From the IMG/VR virus record IMGVR_UViG_3300028392_001454: a stretch of 20,000 nt of DNA, one strand, 5' to 3'. Of the stretch, positions 1 to 7,017 are shown one piece after another (the first letter of the stretch is position 1; each line of letters starts with the position of its first letter). The DNA comes from an uncultured virus (IMG/VR IMGVR_UViG_3300028392_001454) (Duplodnaviria > Heunggongvirae > Uroviricota > Caudoviricetes > Crassvirales). The notes below the pieces were generated by a model, which saw only the letters and a program-made list of their open reading frames with translations, was not told the origin of the DNA and made no database searches. A program made the position numbers and the translations under genes.

Positions 1-1
1 C

Positions 2-136
2 TACGCTGTAAGCGAACCTAACACGATAGGATTCTCTGTAAAGATGCCCGACATCATAGTTCTAGAGGCTATAGGAATACTACTAAGAAACAAACAACAA
101 CGTATTAAACAACTGATAAATGATAACAATATTTAA
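2..136 (+). CDS. 3' end of an upstream hypothetical gene (5'-truncated)
   Basis: Frame 2 is open from the window edge (YAVSEPNTIGFSVKMPDIIVLEAIGILLRNKQQRIKQLINDNNI*) and overlaps the primase start. The other two + frames stop early. Confidence 0.5.
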   Translation, partial: YAVSEPNTIGFSVKMPDIIVLEAIGILLRNKQQRIKQLINDNNI

Positions 137-2519
137 GAATATCAGAGACACGTCAACACCATTCTATAGAAACATAGATGTGGTGCTTAACAGAATACAG
201 ACTGGCTCCAGCAAGGACATCGTTGAACGCATCCAGCAAGAGCAAGACAAGACCACACGAAACGAGATCAAGAAGGAGCTACCAGCGATATGTTTCTCTG
301 GAACCTTCACCAAGAGAGCCGACAACGCTATCGTTAGTCATAGTGGGATCATATGCCTTGACTTTGATGGTTACCCAAGCAAGAAGGCTATGCTGGATCA
401 GAAGAAGAAACTATCTGAGGACGCATACGTTTACTCTGTGTTTGTGTCCCCATCTGGAGATGGTCTTAAGGTACTTGTTAGGGTACCATCGGACATAGAG
501 AACCACCTTAACTACTTTAACTCACTACAGAACCACTTCAACTCTGAGTACTTCGACAAGACATCCAAGAACATATCAAGGGTGTGCTACGAGTCCTATG
601 ATAAGAACATATACGTTAACAAGGATTCGAAGATATGGGACACAATTGATAAGGCAGAGTACATAGAGATGGACAGAGCCACATCAGTACCTACCATACC
701 AATCACAAACGAGAACAAGATAGTTGACATCCTAATGTCTTGGTGGACAAAGCGTTATGGATTAGTTGATGGTGAGCGTAACCACAACGTGTACATACTT
801 GCAGCTGCATTTAATGACTACGGAATCAACAAGTCACTAGCTGAGTACATCATGGGGCAGTTCGAGTCAAGTGACTTCCCACTATCAGAGATTAAGACAA
901 CGATCAATTCGGCATACAACCACACCCATAAGTTCGGAACGAAGTACTATGAGGACAATGGTCGTATGTCACAGCTCAGGCAGAAGGTAAAGTCGGGATC
1001 GACAGCCAAACAGCTTAAGAACGAGATGTCAGACATAGACGAGTCGATCATTGACTCGGTCCTAGAGCAGGTCGATAGCGATGTGAAACGGTTCTGGACC
1101 AAGAGTGATAAGGGAGCGATCAATATAGTTCACTACCTGTTTAAGGAGTTCCTTGAGGATAACGGATTCTATAAGTTCTACCCAGAGAACACCAAGACGT
1201 TTGTGTTTGTTAAGGTTACAAACAACCTTATTGACAACACATCGGAGGAAGAGATAAAAGATTTTGTGCTTAAGTACCTTGAAAACACTGAGGATCTGTC
1301 AGTTTATAATTATTTTGCAGATAAAACACGTTTTTTCAAAGAAGATTTCCTATCTTTGCTTTCGTCAGTTGATATTTACTTCGTTGAGGACGATGCGAAT
1401 ACGGCTTACCTTTACTATAATAACTGTGCTGTGATGGTTACAAAAGATAGCGTTAACATTATTGACTATATCGATCTAGGTGGTTACATCTGGAAGGATC
1501 AGGTCGTGGATAGAGACTTCGCTATATGTGAGGTTATGGACTGCGACTTCTCCACCTTCATATCTAACATATCTGGAGACGATCCTCAGAGGGTTAAGTC
1601 GATGCAGAGCACCATAGGTTTCCTTATGCATGGGTACAAGAACCCATCCTACTGCCCAGCTATCATTCTTAATGATGAGGTTATATCAGATAACCCAGAG
1701 GGTGGGACTGGAAAGGGGTTGTTCGTTAACTCTCTGTCAAAGATCAAGAGGGCTGTTACAATAGATGGTAAGGCATTTAGTTTTGATAAGTCATTTAACT
1801 ACTCCACGGTGAACGTTGGTACACAGGTACTTTGCTTTGATGACGTAAAGAAACACTTTGACTTTGAGAGGTTGTTCAGTGTGGTCACCGAGGGTTTGAC
1901 GGTTGAGAAGAAGAACAAGGATGCTATAAAGCTTCCGTTCAACAGATCACCAAAGATCATGATCACCACTAATTATGCGATCAAGGGTAAAGGTAACTCA
2001 TTCGAGAGACGTAAGTGGGAGCTGGAGTTTAAGCAGTTCTATAGCAAGGAGTTCACACCATACATTGAGTTTGGACGCATGCTGTTCAATGACTGGGATG
2101 AGGAGGAGTGGTGCAAGTTTGACAACTACATGATCAACAACCTTAAGGCTTACCTAAGCACTGGTCTTGTTAAGAGTGAGTTTGTTAACCTTAAGATCCG
2201 TAAGCTGTCTGCTGAGACATGCCACGAGTTTATTGAGTGGTGTGGTATGATAGATGGTGTACCTCACAACGACAAGCTAAGGACTGGCGAGTTAATATAC
2301 AAGCAAGACCTTTATATTGACTTCATTCAAGACAATCCTGACTTTGCCCCGAAGGCTAAGATGACTATTAGTAGGACCATATTCTACAAGTGGCTTATAG
2401 CGTTTGGGCTTTATAAGACTGGTGTAACACCTCTTGAGGGTAGAGACAACAACGGCAGATGGATCAAGTTCATCGAGAAGGACGGAGAGACACATAACAA
2501 TAACGAGATGCTATTCTAA
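120..2519 (+). CDS. Primase-helicase: VirE_N/BT4734-like AEP primase domain, PriCT-1 domain, and SF3/AAA+ helicase
   Basis: N-terminal motifs KKELPAICFSGTF, HSGIICLDFD, FVSPSGDGLKVLV and DKTSKNISRVCYESYD. PriCT-like GERNHNVYILAAAF...PLSEIKTTINSAY. Walker A GGTGKG, Walker B LCFDDV, sensor ITTN. Confidence 0.88.
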   Translation: MITIFKNIRDTSTPFYRNIDVVLNRIQTGSSKDIVERIQQEQDKTTRNEIKKELPAICFSGTFTKRADNAIVSHSGIICLDFDGYPSKKAMLDQKKKLSEDAYVYSVFVSPSGDGLKVLVRVPSDIENHLNYFNSLQNHFNSEYFDKTSKNISRVCYESYDKNIYVNKDSKIWDTIDKAEYIEMDRATSVPTIPITNENKIVDILMSWWTKRYGLVDGERNHNVYILAAAFNDYGINKSLAEYIMGQFESSDFPLSEIKTTINSAYNHTHKFGTKYYEDNGRMSQLRQKVKSGSTAKQLKNEMSDIDESIIDSVLEQVDSDVKRFWTKSDKGAINIVHYLFKEFLEDNGFYKFYPENTKTFVFVKVTNNLIDNTSEEEIKDFVLKYLENTEDLSVYNYFADKTRFFKEDFLSLLSSVDIYFVEDDANTAYLYYNNCAVMVTKDSVNIIDYIDLGGYIWKDQVVDRDFAICEVMDCDFSTFISNISGDDPQRVKSMQSTIGFLMHGYKNPSYCPAIILNDEVISDNPEGGTGKGLFVNSLSKIKRAVTIDGKAFSFDKSFNYSTVNVGTQVLCFDDVKKHFDFERLFSVVTEGLTVEKKNKDAIKLPFNRSPKIMITTNYAIKGKGNSFERRKWELEFKQFYSKEFTPYIEFGRMLFNDWDEEEWCKFDNYMINNLKAYLSTGLVKSEFVNLKIRKLSAETCHEFIEWCGMIDGVPHNDKLRTGELIYKQDLYIDFIQDNPDFAPKAKMTISRTIFYKWLIAFGLYKTGVTPLEGRDNNGRWIKFIEKDGETHNNNEMLF

Positions 2520-2710
2520 TGATACGAGAGAAACTAATGGAGATAAACCAAGAGACTTGGAACTCCGACAAGATTGATCTGCAAGAACAGTTTGTGAGAG
2601 AGTTTGCAATAGGATTTGGAGAATATTTAGATACCTTGACAACTGAAGATATGGGAACTTTATCAATTAAAGAACTATTAAAAATCTACGAGAATGGAGA
2701 TAGGGAATAA
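2519..2710 (+). CDS. Hypothetical phage protein (63 aa)
   Basis: TAATG coupling to the primase stop. AT-richer than its flanks. FAIGFGEY resembles AIDFAKW in 3822..4121. Confidence 0.7.
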   Translation: MIREKLMEINQETWNSDKIDLQEQFVREFAIGFGEYLDTLTTEDMGTLSIKELLKIYENGDRE

Positions 2711-2987
2711 GGTTATATGTATCGATGCTGGTAAGCAACCACACACCGCTGAGGAGCTTAACAACGACATGCCAAACTGGGTTGTCAAGGGTAGGACTTA
2801 CACCATAAGAGACGTAGTTGACTCCGACTTTGTTGTCGGGGTTAGGCTTGAGGAGTTGCACAACCCCTCTAGATACTTCAGACTTGTTGACAGGAGTATG
2901 GAGGGGTGCTTTGCCACTTGGAGGTTTAGGAAACAAGAACAGGTAACTAAAGAGGTAGAGAGCTATGAGTACAGTGGACAATTTTAG
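2694..2987 (+). CDS. Hypothetical phage protein (97 aa)
   Basis: ORF overlaps both neighbours and has core-like codon usage. Confidence 0.8.
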   Translation: MEIGNKVICIDAGKQPHTAEELNNDMPNWVVKGRTYTIRDVVDSDFVVGVRLEELHNPSRYFRLVDRSMEGCFATWRFRKQEQVTKEVESYEYSGQF

Positions 2988-3216
2988 GTGGTGTATTGAG
3001 AACGACTGGCAGGTCTACCTCAAACCATATGGTAGTGGAGCGTATATTGCCATCCGTAAGGGGGGTATATCTGCATGTGGTAAGGAGTATCACTATGATA
3101 GGGTGACTGGACTGGAGTACTACTCAAAGGAGAATGTAGGAACAGTATATTACAAAAACATACAGAAGGCAATGGACATGTTGCCAAAGGTTTATAAATA
3201 TTTAAAAGATAAATAA
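2965..3216 (+). CDS. Hypothetical phage protein (83 aa)
   Basis: Co-directional ORF overlapping the upstream gene. Confidence 0.75.
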   Translation: MSTVDNFRWCIENDWQVYLKPYGSGAYIAIRKGGISACGKEYHYDRVTGLEYYSKENVGTVYYKNIQKAMDMLPKVYKYLKDK

Positions 3217-3217
3217 T

Positions 3218-3481
3218 ATGATGATAATAGTAGACGGAAAACACGAGTACGATTATGAAGTACATGATAACGTACACAAACTAAGATATTCAGATAATGA
3301 TTCTTGGACATATCCTAAAGATGTAGCTATGCGAATAGTTGATGATGGGAACGGATTGGTGGTTAAACTTGATGAGAAGGGTAGAATAAACTACGGTGAG
3401 GCAGAAAGATTGATTATACTTCTAAAGATCATTAATAAAAATACCAAGTATGAGGTAGTAACTAATAAAGAGATGTTATGA
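3218..3481 (+). CDS. Hypothetical phage protein (87 aa)
   Basis: A-rich leader (tttaaaagataaataatATG) and ATGA overlap with the next gene. Confidence 0.8.
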   Translation: MMIIVDGKHEYDYEVHDNVHKLRYSDNDSWTYPKDVAMRIVDDGNGLVVKLDEKGRINYGEAERLIILLKIINKNTKYEVVTNKEML

Positions 3482-3825
3482 AACACGAAGTAAAATCTAT
3501 TCCTATAGAAGAAATTCTTGCTAATAGATGTAATGCTTATGAGTTTATTGATTTTGATAAACAAGAAACACAACAAGTAATTGATGAAGATTTTGATGGA
3601 GGTTTAACTATGGGGCAGATTATTCCAAAGGAAGAAACTATTTGCATTCAAACAGGATTACCTTGTGGTATTACTTGTTTCAGCGAAGAAGTTTGTAATA
3701 TAAATTTTTACACTGAAGAAGATGTAAAAAATGCATTCCTTGATGGTTGGTAATTAAGAGATGGAGATTTACCATTTCCTAAAGCAAAGAAAAAATGGTT
3801 TAATGAATTTAAAAAGAAATTATGA
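3478..3825 (+). pseudogene. Small array gene with an internal in-frame TAA at 3751-3753; the full frame ends at TGA 3823-3825
   Basis: After DGW* the same frame continues LRDGDLPFPKAKKKWFNEFKKKL*. This carries the family C-terminal motif and ends in an ATGA overlap with the next gene. Confidence 0.65.
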
Positions 3826-4121
3826 AAACAGCAGTAGAATGGTTACAAGATTGTTTAACAGAGCAATATCCAAATGGTTCATTTGTTTGGAATACAAAAG
3901 CAGATTTAGAAGCTTTATTTAAACAAGCCAAAGAAATGGAAAGAGAACAACAAGGATATACTCAAGAAAAAGTGTTTGAAATAGAAAGATATAGAGCAAT
4001 AGATTTTGCAAAATGGTTTTCAGATTTTAATGGTTTAACTTGGGAAGAAAAAAGAGTAACTAAGGAACGTCTTGATACTCTTTATGAAAAATACTTAGGT
4101 ACACTTGGAGGTGGAATTTAA
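3822..4121 (+). CDS. Modular small phage protein (MKTAVEWL...QAKEME...YTQE)
   Basis: 99-aa ORF sharing exact 20- and 21-nt blocks with 5736..5996. Confidence 0.85.
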   Translation: MKTAVEWLQDCLTEQYPNGSFVWNTKADLEALFKQAKEMEREQQGYTQEKVFEIERYRAIDFAKWFSDFNGLTWEEKRVTKERLDTLYEKYLGTLGGGI

Positions 4122-4145
4122 AAACAATTTAAAAACAAATAAGAT

Positions 4146-4502
4146 ATGCTGTATAAGAGAGTAACTATGCCTATATATAATCAGGTATTGCATATTGCAA
4201 TATGCGATGATGCAGAAAAGGAGATAGAAGAGGTAAATAAGAAGTTCTATACTAACTTGGATAAGTTTGAGTTTTCAGGATATGCTCATAGAGAGGGTAA
4301 GCACTATCTAATACTTCTAAATAAAAAGGAGTTAATAGATGAACCATTTACTATTAGTACAATAGCTCACGAGGCTTTCCATATTACAAGCTTTGTAATG
4401 AAGCGTGTAGGAATACATCCTGATGTTAACAATGATGAAGCTCAGGCATATTTACTCTCTTGGATAGTAGAACAAGTTTATAAATTTTATAAAAAAAAAT
4501 AA
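4146..4502 (+). CDS. Small zincin-like metallopeptidase-fold protein (HExxH)
   Basis: IAHEAFHIT motif followed by a downstream Glu in NNDEAQAYL, a typical minimal zincin arrangement. Confidence 0.7.
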   Translation: MLYKRVTMPIYNQVLHIAICDDAEKEIEEVNKKFYTNLDKFEFSGYAHREGKHYLILLNKKELIDEPFTISTIAHEAFHITSFVMKRVGIHPDVNNDEAQAYLLSWIVEQVYKFYKKK

Positions 4503-4505
4503 TAT

Positions 4506-4595
4506 ATGAAACCACAAAACAAACTTTCAGTAATGATATTAACAATACTTGGAATAATCGAATTAATTGTGTTGATATTACAAGTAATAAGATAA
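4506..4595 (+). CDS. Putative 29-aa single-pass membrane microprotein
   Basis: MKPQNKLSVMILTILGIIELIVLILQVIR*. It fills the space between an A-rich leader and the 4596 repeat exactly. Not in the supplied ORF track. Confidence 0.6.
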   Translation: MKPQNKLSVMILTILGIIELIVLILQVIR

Positions 4596-4646
4596 TTAAA
4601 AACAAATAAGATTAACAGGGAAGCTGAAAACTGAATAGAGTAGGCA

Positions 4647-4666
4647 AAATAAATAAATAAATAAAT
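4647..4666 (+). repeat. (AAAT)5 microsatellite immediately upstream of ATG 4669
   Basis: Direct reading: aaat x5. Confidence 0.85.
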
Positions 4667-4668
4667 AT

Positions 4669-4947
4669 ATGTACACATTAAGAACAATTGAAAAAGATGG
4701 TAGAGAAGTAAACATCTACTTAGGAACAAATTACACGCTTTACAGAAAAGAAAGCATAAGCAAAGAAGACTTTGACTTTAAACTTAATCAGTATTTTGGA
4801 GAAGATACTAATAATGAAGACTTAGAGAAAAGGGATTTAGTAAAAGCATTTATTGATGCAACACATTTACCAAATGCATTAACTATCAATTATGGGGTTA
4901 CGTATTACATTGTAAATGACTCAGGTAAAACATTTCAAAAACTTTAA
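4669..4947 (+). CDS. Hypothetical phage protein (92 aa)
   Basis: The ORF's TAA stop lies within the 4944 junction repeat. Confidence 0.85.
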   Translation: MYTLRTIEKDGREVNIYLGTNYTLYRKESISKEDFDFKLNQYFGEDTNNEDLEKRDLVKAFIDATHLPNALTINYGVTYYIVNDSGKTFQKL

Positions 4948-4958
4948 AAACAAATAAA

Positions 4959-5201
4959 ATGAAACAAAAAACACTTGAAGAAACTTATCTAAATGAACTT
5001 ATTGACGAAGCAAATAAAGAGTTTACTTTAGACAAAAAATTAGCTAAAGAAGTAGCTATAAAGTTTTATAAATGGCAAGAGCAAAGAATGTATACTGAAC
5101 AAGAAGTATTAGTGTTATTACATAAAAGGGATAAGCATAATTGGGATAGAAGTTTATGGCAAACACCTAAAGAATGGTTAGAAAAATTTAAAAATAAATA
5201 A
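4959..5201 (+). CDS. Modular small phage protein (MKQKTLEE...KWQ...MYTEQEV...EWLEKFKNK)
   Basis: 80-aa ORF bounded by repeats at both ends; the 3' repeat encodes FKNK*. Confidence 0.85.
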   Translation: MKQKTLEETYLNELIDEANKEFTLDKKLAKEVAIKFYKWQEQRMYTEQEVLVLLHKRDKHNWDRSLWQTPKEWLEKFKNK

Positions 5202-5204
5202 GAT

Positions 5205-5378
5205 ATGGAAGTAGTGTATAGACATAGCTATGGTAATGATAGTTTTGGAGAAGTAAGAAAAACTAAAGATAATTTATATTACTGTTTTACCACACCACTA
5301 TTTGGTGGTGAATGGATAGAACAAGAAGTTTTTGACGACAAAGAAGAAGCAATAGAGTTTATAAACTCATTAACTTAA
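5205..5378 (+). CDS. Hypothetical protein (57 aa)
   Basis: MEVVYRHSYGNDSFGEVRK...EEAIEFINSLT*. Starts right after repeat 5188 and stops inside repeat 5375. Not in the supplied track. Confidence 0.8.
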   Translation: MEVVYRHSYGNDSFGEVRKTKDNLYYCFTTPLFGGEWIEQEVFDDKEEAIEFINSLT

Positions 5379-5389
5379 AAACAAATAAG

Positions 5390-5605
5390 ATGAAAACACT
5401 TTTAGGAATATTTTTAGTAGCAACTTTATTTTTAGTAACATTTTCTTATTTAGAAACAAAAAAAGACCCTTATGAGGTTGGTAATCATTTAGATTATAAT
5501 GTGAAGTCTATTAATGGATTTATATACATTTCTGCTGATAGAGGTTATATTCAAGTTTTAAACTCTGATGGTACACCTTTAAAAAAAGGACATAAAATTT
5601 ATTGA
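5390..5605 (+). CDS. Small protein with an N-terminal transmembrane/signal segment (71 aa)
   Basis: Hydrophobic stretch MKTLLGIFLVATLFLVTFSYL; bounded by repeats. Confidence 0.8.
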   Translation: MKTLLGIFLVATLFLVTFSYLETKKDPYEVGNHLDYNVKSINGFIYISADRGYIQVLNSDGTPLKKGHKIY

Positions 5606-5628
5606 ACAATTTAAAAACAAATAAAATT

Positions 5629-5724
5629 ATGGTGCAAGGCTATTGGAAAAAAGAAGATAGAGATGCAAGAATGTATTTTTATTATGATGTAATATTAGGT
5701 TTAGTTTATTATTCAGGAATTTAA
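5629..5724 (+). CDS. Putative 31-aa microprotein
   Basis: MVQGYWKKEDRDARMYFYYDVILGLVYYSGI*. Spans from repeat 5611 to repeat 5721, with its stop inside the second repeat. Confidence 0.65.
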   Translation: MVQGYWKKEDRDARMYFYYDVILGLVYYSGI

Positions 5725-5735
5725 AAAGAAATAAG

Positions 5736-5996
5736 ATGAAACAAACAGCAGTAGAATGGTTAGTAAATGAAATCAAGGTAGCAAGAAAACTATGTGATGA
5801 CTCAAGTATGGAAATGGATATTTGGCATACATTAGATGTGCTAATTGCTAAAGAAGAACAAGCCAAAGAAATGGAAAATCAACAGAGAAATTATAGTGAG
5901 GAAGATATGTTAAAATCTTACCATTGTGGCAGATTATATCTAGGTAGAGAAGGTGATACAAATTTTCAAGAATTTTTAAAAGAATTAAACAAGTAA
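5736..5996 (+). CDS. Modular small phage protein (MKQTAVEWL...QAKEME...YSEED)
   Basis: 86-aa ORF with modules shared with 3822..4121. Confidence 0.85.
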   Translation: MKQTAVEWLVNEIKVARKLCDDSSMEMDIWHTLDVLIAKEEQAKEMENQQRNYSEEDMLKSYHCGRLYLGREGDTNFQEFLKELNK

Positions 5997-6000
5997 GATT

Positions 6001-6306
6001 ATGGAACAAACATTAAAAAAGTTTATGGAAAGCTATAAACATTTAGGTAAATTCTACAAAACTAAAAAAGAGTTTAAACAACATATACTATCAGGAGAAG
6101 TTAAAATAACAATACCTGATATGATTAAGTTTGTAGAAGACCACGAAAAAAAATATAATGAAATAGAAGTAATTGAACTATTACAAAAAGCTCTTACACA
6201 TAAAGATGATGGAGAAACAGGTAGTTTAGTTACAGCACAAGGAGAAATAAGAACAGCTAACTTTTATAGTTGGTTTGAAAAATTTAAAAAAGAAAAAGGA
6301 TTATGA
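6001..6306 (+). CDS. Modular small phage protein (...YNEIEV...WFEKFKKEKGL)
   Basis: 101-aa ORF with the C-terminal family motif and an ATGA overlap with the next gene. Confidence 0.85.
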   Translation: MEQTLKKFMESYKHLGKFYKTKKEFKQHILSGEVKITIPDMIKFVEDHEKKYNEIEVIELLQKALTHKDDGETGSLVTAQGEIRTANFYSWFEKFKKEKGL

Positions 6307-6710
6307 AATACAAATTAATAAAAACCTATCCAGGCTCTCCTGAGTTGGGAACAGAGGTAGATAAAAAAGATAGCGATACTTATGTATCTAGTACTTATCT
6401 TACTTTTAGACATGATAACGTAGAGGAGTATCCTGAGTATTGGGAGAAGGTTAATGATCATTTGTGGTGGTGTGTTTGGAAAGAAGATTATATTCAAGAT
6501 GATAAAGTTTGTTTTAATGCTTGGACACCTAATCTAATAGAATGTATATACGCACCTTGGGAAACTGTAAGATGTTTCTTCAAAACCAAAGAAGAGGCTG
6601 AGGATTATATATTATACAACAAACCTTGTTTGAGTATAGATGATATAGGTAATAATGTTCTATTATGTAATTTATCTAGATTAAAACAAATCGTAAAATC
6701 AACACTATGA
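6303..6710 (+). CDS. Hypothetical phage protein (135 aa)
   Basis: ATGA overlaps at both ends. Confidence 0.85.
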   Translation: MKYKLIKTYPGSPELGTEVDKKDSDTYVSSTYLTFRHDNVEEYPEYWEKVNDHLWWCVWKEDYIQDDKVCFNAWTPNLIECIYAPWETVRCFFKTKEEAEDYILYNKPCLSIDDIGNNVLLCNLSRLKQIVKSTL

Positions 6711-6799
6711 AGTACATACTAACAATAATAGGCTACGAGCTTTTAAGAGATAAGATTGTGTGGTTATGGTATTATTTAATTAACAAAGGATCGAAATGA
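6707..6799 (+). CDS. Putative 30-aa hydrophobic microprotein
   Basis: MKYILTIIGYELLRDKIVWLWYYLINKGSK*, with ATGA overlaps to both neighbours. Confidence 0.7.
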   Translation: MKYILTIIGYELLRDKIVWLWYYLINKGSK

Positions 6800-7017
6800 C
6801 AGACAAAGCAAAGGAGTTAATAGATAAGTATTTAAGAACATATCCAATATATGATAATCCAACTGTAGTAATATCTTATACTTATAATGAAGCTAAACAA
6901 TGTGCATTAATAGCAGTTGATGAAGTTATCAAGGCACTACAAGAACACCAATGGCAGAACAGACATATTATTAATGAGTACGAACAACTTAAAAAAGAAT
7001 TATATGAGGGAATATAA
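6796..7017 (+). CDS. Hypothetical phage protein (73 aa; KAKELIDKY...AKQCALIAVDE)
   Basis: ORF coupled to the upstream gene by an ATGA overlap. Confidence 0.8.
   Translation: MTDKAKELIDKYLRTYPIYDNPTVVISYTYNEAKQCALIAVDEVIKALQEHQWQNRHIINEYEQLKKELYEGI

Larger units (their letters stand above)
3796..6292 (+). repeat. Dispersed direct repeat at gene junctions, core TTAAAAA(C/G/T)AAATAA(G/A)AT
   Basis: 17-mers at 4129-4145, 4596-4612 and 5375-5391 are identical (TTAAAAACAAATAAGAT). Single-mismatch variants lie at 4944-4960, 5611-5627, 5188-5204 and 5721-5737. Partial copies with an upstream TGGTTT extension lie at 3796-3824 and 6271-6292. Confidence 0.9.

Noticed and set aside
1255..1420. Short lower-GC patch within the primase gene as a possible recombination tract
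   Set aside because: Too short to separate from amino-acid composition effects (F/Y/K-rich) without homologues.
2499..3479. Similar ends of the primase (NNEMLF) and gene 3218 (NKEML): aataacgagatgctat versus aataaagagatgttat
   Set aside because: Only 14/16 identity in AT-rich sequence, so it may be chance.
3751..3753. Alternative genetic code (stop-codon reassignment)
   Set aside because: Long ORFs are intact under code 11, and TAA, TGA and TAG all terminate genes. Only one interruption is seen.
4618..4650. Hammerhead ribozyme (GAAA and CTGA..AGA look-alikes)
   Set aside because: The core-like segments are adjacent, leaving no room for stems I and III or a cleavage triplet.
3796..6292. CRISPR array
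   Set aside because: Repeats are short, AT-rich, non-palindromic and irregularly spaced (about 110-470 bp), the spacers are whole genes, and no cas genes are present.
6917..7003. N-terminal extension of ORF 6917..7477 given in the ORF track
   Set aside because: It overlaps the 6796..7017 gene in another frame; ATG 7004 has the typical A-rich leader.
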